64,000 nucleotides of DNA. Origin: Podarcis vaucheri (Eukaryota). The stretch is taken from assembly GCA_965113315.1 (NCBI GenBank), contig OZ220366.1; one strand, 5' to 3'. The notes under the pieces were generated by a model, which worked only from the letters and a program-made list of their open reading frames with translations, made no database searches and was not told where the DNA came from. Shown here in pieces: positions 50,501 to 62,500 of the stretch. Both the position numbers and the translations under genes were made by a program. Each line of letters opens with the position of its first letter. Within the stretch, counting starts at the first letter, position 1.

Positions 50501-53500
50501 GGATTCAACGTTTTGAAAACTGAATGTACATTTGTTACTCATAATTTTTTTTAAATAAAAACACAAAAAAGAATGCTTGGCCCACATCTTTTTTCTCCCA
50601 GGCCTTGTGGATCACTATTGCTTCCTGAAACCAAACTTTGCTTCACACTGTTATTGGGTCTGCTCCCTCTGCACAGAGCTTAGAAAATAAGTCCAAAAAG
50701 GTCATAGTTAACAACGATTTCAGTCCAATCTTGGACACCTACATGATTGTGTGGAGAATTGTAAGATGTCTGGATAGGGGACTTATGCAATTCATATGAT
50801 AGGCACAGTACAGTGGTGCCTCGCAAGACGAAATTAATCCGTTCCACGAGTCTCTTCGTCTTGCGGTTTTTTCGTCTTGCGAAGCACGGCTATTAGCGGC
50901 TTAGCGGCTATTAACGGCTTAGTGGCTTTAAGAAAAAGGAAACAAACTCGCAAGAACTCGCAAGGCGTTTTGTCTTGCGAAGCAAGCCCATAGGGAAATT
51001 CGTCTTGTGGAACGACTCAAAAAACGGAAAACCCTTTTGTCTTGCGAGGCATTTGTCTTGCGGGGCACCACTGCATTGATGCACAATAAATGCTGGCTAG
51101 GAGGATGACCCTTTCTTGACTTTAGTTTGTCATTGCTTTCTTTTTATTTGTACATGTTGACATATTGCATGAGTGCAACAAACATGTATCACACAGATAC
51201 AATTTTCAATCAGCTAGCAGTCATTATGTGTTTGCAACAATCTCATTTACATATTCTGTGGCAAAACTCATGGTCCTTTTGGTGTGATTCAGTGCCCTTA
51301 GGGTCAATAGTGCTCTTAGGGCCAATGAAACAATTTTTAAAAAATTATTTCCTAAACCATACTTTTATTATTGATGTATCAGATTTTATCCATTCTGAAA
51401 CTGGGTTTTTAATAGGGTACCCAACCTAGTGTATAGCTGAAGGCAGTGTTCCTTTGTCATTGTAAATGTCCCAGAAATATATTCACTTAGGGATTTTTTT
51501 ATTCCTCACTTCATCGTGAAGACTCTGAAGTAAGTTAGAGCACTTGTGTATTCACTGCTACCTCAACGAATTGCATAAATTGCCTGACAGCAACAATATG
51601 TAGGAATGGTTAATCTTCAACATAAAACTGAACTAAATAGCCTTTCCTGTAAGCCCCTATCTGATACTTGCTGTGTGCATGGTTTCAGTATTTTTCAGCA
51701 CTGGAACTGATGGCTTTGTGTGTGTTTTTTGTTTTCCCTCAGACTTCCTGTCATAGCCTTGCAGGAGAACTTCCAGTCGTTGTTAGGGGTATTGAAGGAA
51801 TCTGTGCAGCTGAATTTGGCACCACCTGGTTATTTCTTGCTTCTCAGGTACGGCAGCAGCAGTTGTTTTTGCACACTACAATTGTAGCACACTCATAGTG
51901 TACACTAGTAGTGTAATGGTACACTAACTTGGGCTTATTCTTCTGCAGCACTCTGAATGATTTTGTGACTAGAACTCCAAACCAGGAAAACAAGAAGGAT
52001 CAGAAAGACCTGCAGGTAGTCCATAGCATGTTTTCAGTTCATACATGTAGATCTTGATTTCTCCCTGCTCCCCCATGTCATGCACCAAACTTGACTACTT
52101 AATGGAAGATATATGCTTAATAGTCCCAAACCACTAGCTTGTTGTGAAAAACGGGTTCTAAATTCAATACATATAAATTGACTGCATCAGCAGGGTCTTC
52201 CGTTGAAGCAGGTACTAAGACAAAAGGGGATAAACCTTTGTTTTAGCAGGATCTTGCTACCTGTGAGGTACAAATTAGGGACTTCAAAGCACTAAGTCAT
52301 GTGATGTCAGCTGACTGGCAGATGGGCAGCCCCACCCACCTGCCAAATTTTACCAATGAGGCAGATCCTGCTAAAGATCTGGCCCATGGTTTCAAAACGG
52401 TTCTGCTTCTGTGAGGCAGAACTGGGGGCTTTGGGGGATGATAAGTCAAAGGTCCATACCTACCAGACTTGCTGTAAGTGAGGGCTTTGGTTTTCCATTG
52501 GAAGATTCCTGAGCAAAAATAGGGAGAATCAAAAACATAATGAAATAGTAAACACGATAAGAAAAATCTAGCCTCTCTAATGCCTCTTAGCAAACAGACA
52601 AGCTTGTACAACAAATGCAGAAATCACAGACCTGTTCTCCCCCTCCCCATAACACCAAGTCAGCACACCCTCATGGAAGGGGCTGTTGGGAGAGGGAGGG
52701 AAACCAGTGTAAGCTAGCAGATGTAAGAAAACATTGAAAGAGGGCCCCCTTCCCAAAGTCTCTCTCTTCTTCGTGTTTCCCTAATAGGAAACCCCCCTTT
52801 CATTTCAGATCTCAAACCACATTCTGGTTCTCTCTGGTACCCCTGAACAATTTCACTTCTCATTAATAATTAAAGGTAAAGGTACCCCTGCCCGTACGGG
52901 CCAGTCGTGTCCGACTCTAGGGTTGTGCGCCCATCTCACTTAAGAGGCCGGGGGCCAGCGCTGTCCAGAGACACTTCCGGGTCACGTGGCCAGCGTGCCG
53001 AAGCTGCTCTGGCGAGCCAGCACCAGCGCAGCACACGGAAACGCCATTAATAATTCCATTAATTATTAATATCCCATTAATAATTCCATTAATTATTAAT
53101 ATCCCATTAATAATTAGTCCTTCGTTAATTTATGACTTGTAGCAAGATACTCACCTTCTTTGTTTCTTTTCCTTCACTTTCATCCTTAAATATTTCAGCT
53201 TTCCTTATCACAACTAAGTCATAAATTGTGCCAAAATCTGGATGAAGAACATTGAAACCAACTGGTTTCTAATTAAGATCTTGCCCTACTGCCTTACATT
53301 AATTGCACAAAACAAAAGCTTCTGACTCTAAAATGGGAATAAAATGTTGATAAAAATAAAAAGAATCTTATGATGTAACAAGCATCACCAGGGACATGAC
53401 AACACCACAACCTTCAAGTGCCTAGTTCATATCATTTACCCCTTTCCCCCCCTCCCACAGTTTATACCTGGGGTGTTTTCCCTTGAATACTCTGTCCCAG

Positions 53501-56500
53501 TTTAATTAAACAGAGGCATAGGTAATTCTTAAACTCTGAACAGGAAGCATGGTATTAAAAGGTACCCAAAGATAAAAATGGATGAAAGTAATAAGGTATT
53601 TCATTCCTGATTAAACAAAGTCTGTTTTTGTTCCAGCACAAACTCAAAAAGGTCACAGAGATAAATTATCTTTTTTAATTAGCACAGGGAGTAACCTATT
53701 TTTAATTAGCATAGGGAGTAACCAGAATTTGCTCACCTAGGGGTCCCTTTGGTGCTACTATTAGAGAACTTTCAAACACCCATCTTCAAAGGAAGATATA
53801 GGGCCCATTGCTGTGTTTATCTCAAGCTCTGTATGGTAAGGATGATACTTGTATTCAGGGATGCTTAGCCAGCATCTTTCCTGCTCCTCTAGCCTGGACA
53901 TAATGATCATCATGGCTTCTTGTAATCAAACAGCAAACAGTTCTTACCAAACATTGGTTCATACCATAAGTGGAGCTCTTCCTTCTGTACTTTACCCTTG
54001 AACCCGGAAAACAAGTCCAAAAAGAACATAGCCAACATGTAGTTATAGATCTACAATATGTCCAACAAAACTTTTAGGATGGCTTTTTAATAGAAAAACG
54101 AAAATTTCATTATTCTAATGGGCCAATAGGCATATCACAAATGCCTTGCAAACTGCACATCACACATTAGCCACACTGAACCTCCAGCAAGAGGTTCAGT
54201 ATTTGGTGGGGAGGGGGAATGACTCTGTAGCATGCACTGCCTTCACAGAATTCAAATGGAGCAAAGTGATATTTTGGTTTGCCACTTGTCTCCCTTCTCA
54301 CAATAAAACAAATATTACTTCCATAAGACAAAATGCCCTGAGTGATGCCTATATGCACGAATCACTCGTCTCTCTTACTGTGCTTTCCCTTTCAGGAGGT
54401 AACCCAGAAAATATTGGAAGCCGTCGGGAATGTTGCTGGTTCTTCGCTAGAACAAACTAGCTGGCTGAGCAGGAATCTGGAGGTGAAAGCTCAGCCTCAG
54501 GTTGCTTTAGATGAGCCCATGGCTGAAGATGATTTCTGCGGTAAGAAAAATGGAGACCGTTCTGTGGGCTAGCTGTTGTTTTATACAAGCATTTTAGTCC
54601 CACAGGTCTGCTTAAGGTGGAGGGAAGACGTCGGATCTGGCAATTATAAAACACTGGCCATATAAGGAATGTTTAGGTTTCACACAATGCTCTTCCACCA
54701 GCTTCCATTTTGGAGCACAAATTCATTTAGCTAGGTAACTGATAATATAGAACTGGAGAGGAGAAACAGCAGAGCTTTTCCATCACATCTGCTGAGACCA
54801 GTTGCCTTTAGCTCTTCCCCAGTTGTTCCCTAGAGACATTCATTCAGTCAAGTTACTTGAACTATTTCCGTCCCACATGGTTACTGTAAGATATGTGACT
54901 TTGAGAAGTAATACCTGAGATTCCCCCTCCTCTCTCCCCATTCGTTTTTCCATGTGTGTCCCATGCCTTTGGGACTGTGAGCTTGAAGGCAGGGGCTGTC
55001 TTATTACTAATATTTGTAAGCCCCTCTGGAACCCTATTTTTGGCTTAAGGTGGGGCAGAGATGCTTCAAATATGCCTTTTCATTTCTGTCTGCCCCTTGA
55101 GTACTGACCACAGCACACAGACTCTTTAGAAGGTAGATAATAGAAAAAAGGAAACAGTAAAAGTCATTAGGTTAGCAAAGCTGGAGAGGTGTGTGTGTGA
55201 CCTTTAAGATAAATTAGTTATAGAATCAGAAGATAAATGGATTGATATTCCCAAGTCAGACTGAAACACTTTAAGAGGCGAAGTCTCCTCAGAATTGTGC
55301 AAGCATTTCATCACACAAATATCCAGCAACTTTCTTCCTTCCATTATAGAGCTTCTCTTTTAAATAATTTACTTGATTTATCAGCTACTCTTCAGCCAAA
55401 ATATGTGACTTGCAAAAATAAAAACATAAAATGGATCGCTAAAAGGCCAATATAATTGAGAAGGTTTTCACTTGGTGCCAAAAAGAAAATGGGGATGGCA
55501 CCGGCAGCTTCCCTTTAAAGGGCGTTTTAAACTGCTAAATTCAGGGACTGGCAACACATTGCATTTTGTGTGCATAAATAAAGAGGCCCCAGCAGCTGGT
55601 TTTTCCATAAGGAAAGGCAGCTTGGGGTCTTTGTAGTTCTAACTACACATTAAATGCTGATGTGTTTAAGGGGGGGGGGAGCAAAGCCGTGAGGTTGAAC
55701 TTTAGAGCAGGAAAGCCTTTGGGGACCCAGGGGTATTCCATCCTTTATTTGCTTTTAATGCCCCACACTGGGTTCTGAATGCTTGTTGTCTTCTGTTTGG
55801 TGAAGAACAAGCTGATTTGCTTGTTTTAAAGGCATGTGGCTAGACATTCGGACTAGATAAGTCTTGCCCAATGTCTTCAGAACAACTTTCTAACCATCGG
55901 TCTCCCACCCCCCCAAAAAACACCCACTACTAATGGAAAAAAGTTTAAGGGAGAGCATGAAAGAAAAAGAAAATGTTCCTTCTTCTACAGATACATCAAC
56001 AGTACCTTCTTCAATGGTCTCTGCCTCTGCCCCATCCGTGTACAGTGTTCAGGCCCTCTCTATCCTTGCAGAGGTGAGTCCTGATTTCTTTTTACTCTGA
56101 GAGGGAAACCGCTCTATAGCCACTATCCTTCCTATATATATGTTCCATAAGTGAAAGCTCTGCATGTTACCCTCCATTAACAGGCAGAGCTGCTTGAGCA
56201 TACAGTGTTATGCCAGCCAGGGAGGAGGGAAAGGGGGATGCATCAGTTGCATTGCTAATGTTTTGGAAATCTATCTGAAGAAGTGTGCATGCACACGGAA
56301 GCTCATACCAATAACAATCTTAGTTGGTCTCTAAGGTGCTACTGGAAGGAATTTTTTTATTTTGTTTTGGAAATTTGACACTTCACAATTTTCAGGATTA
56401 CTGTGAAATCAGAAGAGCTGTTCTTTTTTAAATGGAACGTTCTTTCTCCATAGGTTCTTGCTTCTCTGCTGGATATGGTTTACCGGAGTGATGAAAAAGA

Positions 56501-59500
56501 GAAAGCAGTGCCTTTGATCTCGCGTTTGCTGTATTATGTGTTTCCTTACTTACGCAATCACAGGTAAATAAATTTTTCCTTACATCACCTATATATAACT
56601 CATGCAATATACGCACCATACTTGGGGACCTAACTTGGGCAGATTCCTTGCTTCAAGGTCAAAGCTCTTCCAAGACTGTTATTTTGTAATCTTCATAGAT
56701 CTGCCAAGCATTAAGTGATTGCCACCTACTGCCAAGATAGCACACGTTTCCTTATTGAAACGAGTCGAGAGCATAGTAATTGTGATGCTTTTTTTCTGAT
56801 GGTGGGGAAATGGATGCTTGACTGGCATGGAAGTATGGATGCTTGACTGGCATGGAAGTATGTGGAAATTTGGGAGGGTACAATGAGAATTCAGGTTCAA
56901 CTATGGAAACAGGTACTCCTCTCCAGTTGACGGTCCTGACTTACAAGATATGACTTGGCTTAAGGTTGCTCCTTGAATACAAATCAGCAAAGCAGCAATC
57001 TTATTGCCAGAGGTTAGAAATGTCAAAAGAAGAACATAATAATTTATCAGCCATGATAGGGTTCCTCTGCTTGCTGGTGGTACTGACTCCAGATCTGAGC
57101 TTGGAAAAGATAACACATTAATTTTCCTTGCAACTAACATAATTTTTTTGTTCAATCAATAATTATCTTATTGAATATCAACAAGGTTAAAGTAGAATGT
57201 TGCTATGAAGTCTGTCAGTTTTGGGAGCATGTGAGTGACATACATATTTGGAAAGTAAGTGATTTGTCTGTTGTGTGTGTTTGTTTACAGTGCCTACAAT
57301 CTTCCTAGCTTTCGTGCTAGTACACAGTTGCTCAGTTCTTTAAGTGGCTATGCTTATACCAAGCGCGCATGGAAGAAAGATGTCTTAGAACTATATATGG
57401 ATCCAGTTTTCTTCCAGATGGATACTTCATGCATTCAGTAAGGTGTATGACTCGGGCAGTCTTGTTGTTGGCTTCTGAATGTACAAATGGATAAACTCCA
57501 GTAGATTACAATGAAGTTGTACTTTTAATTTGGAATCTCTCTAAAGTTGCTAATTTTCCAGTGATTTCATTCAGAAAAACATTGGTCTTTAGAAAAAGAG
57601 CAGGTTATCGTCACTGTGTTGAGAGAGTATTTTTAACTGAAACTTTGATTACAATACATCTGCATCTATTCTAATACATTATTTTAAAGATGTGCAAGGC
57701 ATGGTAAAAAACTAAAGTTGTCCCTCAGGACTGTTTCAATAGCAATATGAAATTTTCTAAAGAGAAGTTAGACTGTCATGTGTAGGAAATTGCGATAAAC
57801 TGTGCAGCTTGGAGTTGTCAATATCTGCATTCATCATAAACTAAGCACAAGATTTGCACAATTTTACTGCCCAGCACCTGGTTGACTTTGAAAGAAATGT
57901 CATCTTCCTTTGTGTTTGCTTCACACAAGGTGCTAGAGGATTTAAACTTAAATTACACTAAACTTTACTTAATTGTTAAATTTCTTCAGTTGGCGAGCCA
58001 TTATCGATCATCTTCTGACACATGAGAAAACTATGTTTAAAGATTTGATGAGTAAGTATTTTTTCATAATTATTATCCCATTACTTTTAATAGAAAGTTC
58101 AAATCAAGAAGAAAACAACCAATTAAACTTTTTATCAAGGTAGCAGCTGTTTTTATATACCAAAGCAATTTGATGTTAATAGCAATTCTGTTCTTGATTA
58201 CAGCTATGCAGAGCAGTTCTTTAAAACTTTTTCCAAGTTTTGAGCAAAAGGCAATGTTGTTAAAGCGTCAGGCCTTTGCAGTTTTCAGTGGAGAAATTGA
58301 TCAATATCACCTTTACCTTCCTTTAATACAAGGTGAGTGTTAAAGTTTGCATTGTTCACAGATGTTCAGTAAAAGATGTGAATGGAAAGAAGCATGCATA
58401 CACATAGGCTCAGTTCGTTTAACAACAACAAACCATTGTGTTACATAAACAATCCACAGAACCATATCCTCCTGCACTTCCTCTTTTACACCAAATCATA
58501 TGAAATGGAAAGCAGAACTGCAAATCAGGATAAAACAGGTTTGAAATTCTGATTTGGAGGGCAATCACAAAGCATAGTTTGCCAGTTAAAATGCAACAAC
58601 AAACTATGATCTGCCATGCAGGGGAGGGCATTGGAGCATGCAGGAAGGGGGACGGGGAGGGGAAATGAGCCTGATGCTTGCTTATGCAAAAGCCAAATTA
58701 TGATTTGATATTACAGATGAACGGAGCCAAGTCAAGGTTCCAAGTTGGCAGTAAGGTGCATTGCTCACAGAATGAGGGTCTGTCTGTTGAGTTTTCTCTA
58801 AATCTGAGGGATGCAAATTCATCTTCTGATTTTAGAGACAGAGCTCTATACCCTTCAGAATAGTCTGACTGGAGGGGAAATTGGAGACACTGTGTTGCAG
58901 CAGTTCCATCCCTATCTAGATAGACAATCTCTGGAGGTGGTTCTGGGGGAATAGTCTTCCACCCCGTAGTAAGGGGTCAAGCATGTTTCTCCCTCGCCCC
59001 CCATTCTATTTCATATCTACACAAAACCACTGAGTGAGGTCTTCTGGAGGTTTGGGATGAGCTGTCATCAATAAACCGGTGGCACCCATCTCTTAGTCCC
59101 ATTTTCATCAAATCTGAGTAAAGCAGTGGAAGTACTAAATCAGTGCTTATAATTTCACTAATACACTGGATAAGGACCAATAAACCCAAGCTGAGTCCAG
59201 ACAAAACAGAGGTAATGTGGATCAGTGATTCTTCTGCTCAAGGGAGAGGTGTTTGTCCTATGTTAGACAGCCTTGCACACCCTGGAGGGACAAGCCTGCC
59301 GCTTAAGGATGATCCTTGGTCCATCATTAAAGATAAAGGCACAAGTTGCTTCTGGAGCACAAGGTTCCTTCAACCTGCTTAGACTGGTATACTAGCTGTG
59401 ACCCTAGCCTTGTGGCAAGACCACCTGGGAGAATTTTACCTTTATGATTTCTATATAACCATGTATCCTAATGATGATTTCTATATATCCATGTATCCTA

Positions 59501-62500
59501 ATGATGCTTAAATCACTAAGGCTTCAGTAGGGCCACAAGTGGCTAAATCTCAGGAATCCAGAGTCTACCTTTGCCCTATTTCTCTCTGGCCGGCTATTGT
59601 GCTTGAAGGCAACAATAAATCTGATGTGTTGGCATTTTTCTATAGGGAACCTTACCCAGACTGTTTCTCATGCTCATGTGATGGGGGACAGGAAAGAGAA
59701 GTCTGCCACAGAATGCAATGTTCTAGCCCAATAACAGATGGGGGGTGGGTTACTCAGGCTTCAACTGTCAAATAGGTTTCTTTTCCTCTTTAGAGCTGAA
59801 AATTAGGGTAAAGGGCATCATGATGCACAATATGGAAAAGCAGAAGTATTCTTTACATGGGCATAGGAAGGGCTCTTGCCCCACTCATTGGCTTGATTTT
59901 GCTGCAATATATGAATATGTAATATCTAACGCTGTTTGTAATCAGGTATATAAACCCAATGCCCAAGGGGCTCCGGGACCCAGGCTCTGGAAAATATTCC
60001 AATGGGTCTTTATTGCTCAGCAATAAACTTTGCCTTCTTTTTTGCCACTGCTGCGTCTGTCGATTCTTGGACACATTTTGAGTGGGCAACTGGTATTCCT
60101 TATATGCTTGCAACATACAGTTATCCCTGGTAACCTCTATGTTGGTATCCCTGGTAACCTCTATGTTGGAGTCAAATCACACTTCTTATTATTATTATTA
60201 TTACTTGTAGGCTGCCTTCTGAAGACGCTTTTGTATTAGTGCCGAATATGGCTGCCAGGTTACTAACTGGGACTGAGCATTATGATCATATTATGCAGTT
60301 TGACATTATTTTGCAACTGTAATTGTTATCCAAGTTCATAAGTGTAATAATTTTCCAATGGGTAAGAAGCTTGTTCAGTCCCAGGATGATATAACTAAGC
60401 CAGCCAGATACGTTTTAGTGCTCCTGATTCATGACAGTTCAATACAAAAGTGTCTTAAATCTTTTTGTAAATTTTATTCTAGAGCGACTGACTGACAACC
60501 TGCGTGTTGGACAGACTTCTGTAGTAGCTGCCCAGATGTTTCTGTTCTTCAGGGTTCTTTTGCTAAGAATTTCCCCTCAGCACCTAACTTCATTATGGCC
60601 GATCATGGTGACAGAGCTGGTAAATGGTCCTTAGAAACAAGATGAGACAATAGCCTTCAAAATCTCAGGGAAATCTCCATTCTGTAGTCCATACTTGGCC
60701 CCCCAGGTCTTGGCATTCGGCTTGCAAGCCCATTTGTAGGAAGCCATGGCCACCCACCCTGCAGCTGACATCATAAAAAGGGACCCCTGACTATCAGGTC
60801 CAGTCGTGGACGACTCTGGGGTTGTGGTGCTCATCTCGCTTTATTGGCCAAGGAAGCCGGTGTACAGCTTCCGGGTCATGTGGCCAGCATGACTAAGCCG
60901 CTTCTAGCGAACCAGGGCAGCGCATGGAAACGTCGTTTATCTTCCCACTGGAGTGATACCTATTTATCTACTTGCACTGGTGTGCTTTCGAACTGCTAGG
61001 TTGGCAGGAGCTGGGACCGAGCAACAGGAGCTCACCCCTTCGTGGGGATTTGAACCTCCAACCTTCTGATTGGCAAGCCCTAGGCTCTGTGGTTTAACCC
61101 ACAGTGCCACCCACGTACCTGGCATCATATCTGGGGCGAATAAGGATGGGGCTTGGCCTAAAGAGGCTTTGCACACCAAAACCCAGCAGTAAGCAAAATG
61201 GACCTTCCCACAGATCATTTCATGCTAGAGCAGGTCAATCTACTTCACAGAACTCAATGCTAAGCAGTAAAGAAACATCATTTGAGGCCTTGCTTTCTGG
61301 GAAGGTGCCTTATTTTAGCAGAATCATAATAGATTCCTGTGTAGGTAGCTCTCTAGACCGCCAGACTTATAGACTCTAGGCCTTGAGGGGAAATGGAGTA
61401 GCCCAGTTAATCACCAGTTCAGATCAAGAGTAAAGTAAAGAGTTGTTTGTTGAAGAATAAGAGTAACATTGCAGAAAAGAAAATTTATAGTGTAAGGTTT
61501 TACATTATCAGCTGATTTTCAATCTGAAAGCCCAAATTCTCACCAGGATTGAACCCTAAAGATAAGACCCTAATCCAAGTCCAAACGTAGCACCAAATTT
61601 ATAGCTCCAAAAGCCAGCCCTCAGAGGGTTGTTCCCATTATATATATGTCATTTCCATTATATTTTGCACTTCTCTTTCTTCTTACTTTAGCCAAACAAC
61701 CCTAAATAGAATGGCTGAGGAAGCCGTTTTGCAATAAAGCACTAGCAAGCAGATTAAAGAAGCTAATCATCTCATTATTGAAAAGGTTAAAAGGAATAAC
61801 CCACATGAACAGACCTATAGCACTTTTATTGGGGGGGGGGGCAGATAAAAATCCAGCGCACCAAGCCAAAAGGTTTTCCCACTGCTGGTGTAACTAATAG
61901 GAAATTTCAGTAAACTGTTGACAGTTGAGTCTTGAGATAGTTCCTATATGCATAATGTAATGTAAAGCTGATTTAATATTGAATTGTATATATTAATACC
62001 TTGTTGGTTTCTTCTTTCAATTCTGCAACCCAGATTCAAGCATTTATACAGCTAGAGGAAGATTTAGCTGAAGAGGAGGAACCAGCAAAGTAAGATTTTT
62101 TTGCTGTACATAATAAACAGATGATCCTTGGTGAGACCATTCAGTGTGGCAGTTGTAGTTGCTTGCGACCTTGTGACCTGTTTCATAAGTCTGCTTGCTT
62201 TGGGAAAGAGCCATAGCTCAGTGGTAGAGTTCTTGCTGTCCTTGCAGAAGTCTGGTTCAGTCCCTAGCATCTCCAGTTAGAAGGATCAAATAGCAAATAA
62301 TTGGGATGGGGGGGGGGAGAGCACAATCTGCAGAGCCACTTTCAGCCTCAATATGCAATACAGGGCTAGATGGATTGTTAGTCTGACCCTGATGTGAGGT
62401 AATTTGTGTTCCCAGCTTTACACAAATAAATAGGATGAGGATCGTTGTAGGGAAGACAATGGGCTGGTTCACGCATGTATTTATATATATTTTTCCCTCA

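Noticed and set aside
62202-62280. tRNA gene (A/B-box-like sequence); likewise the heads of Sauria SINEs
   Set aside because: No complete cloverleaf, and the sequence continues into SINE body.
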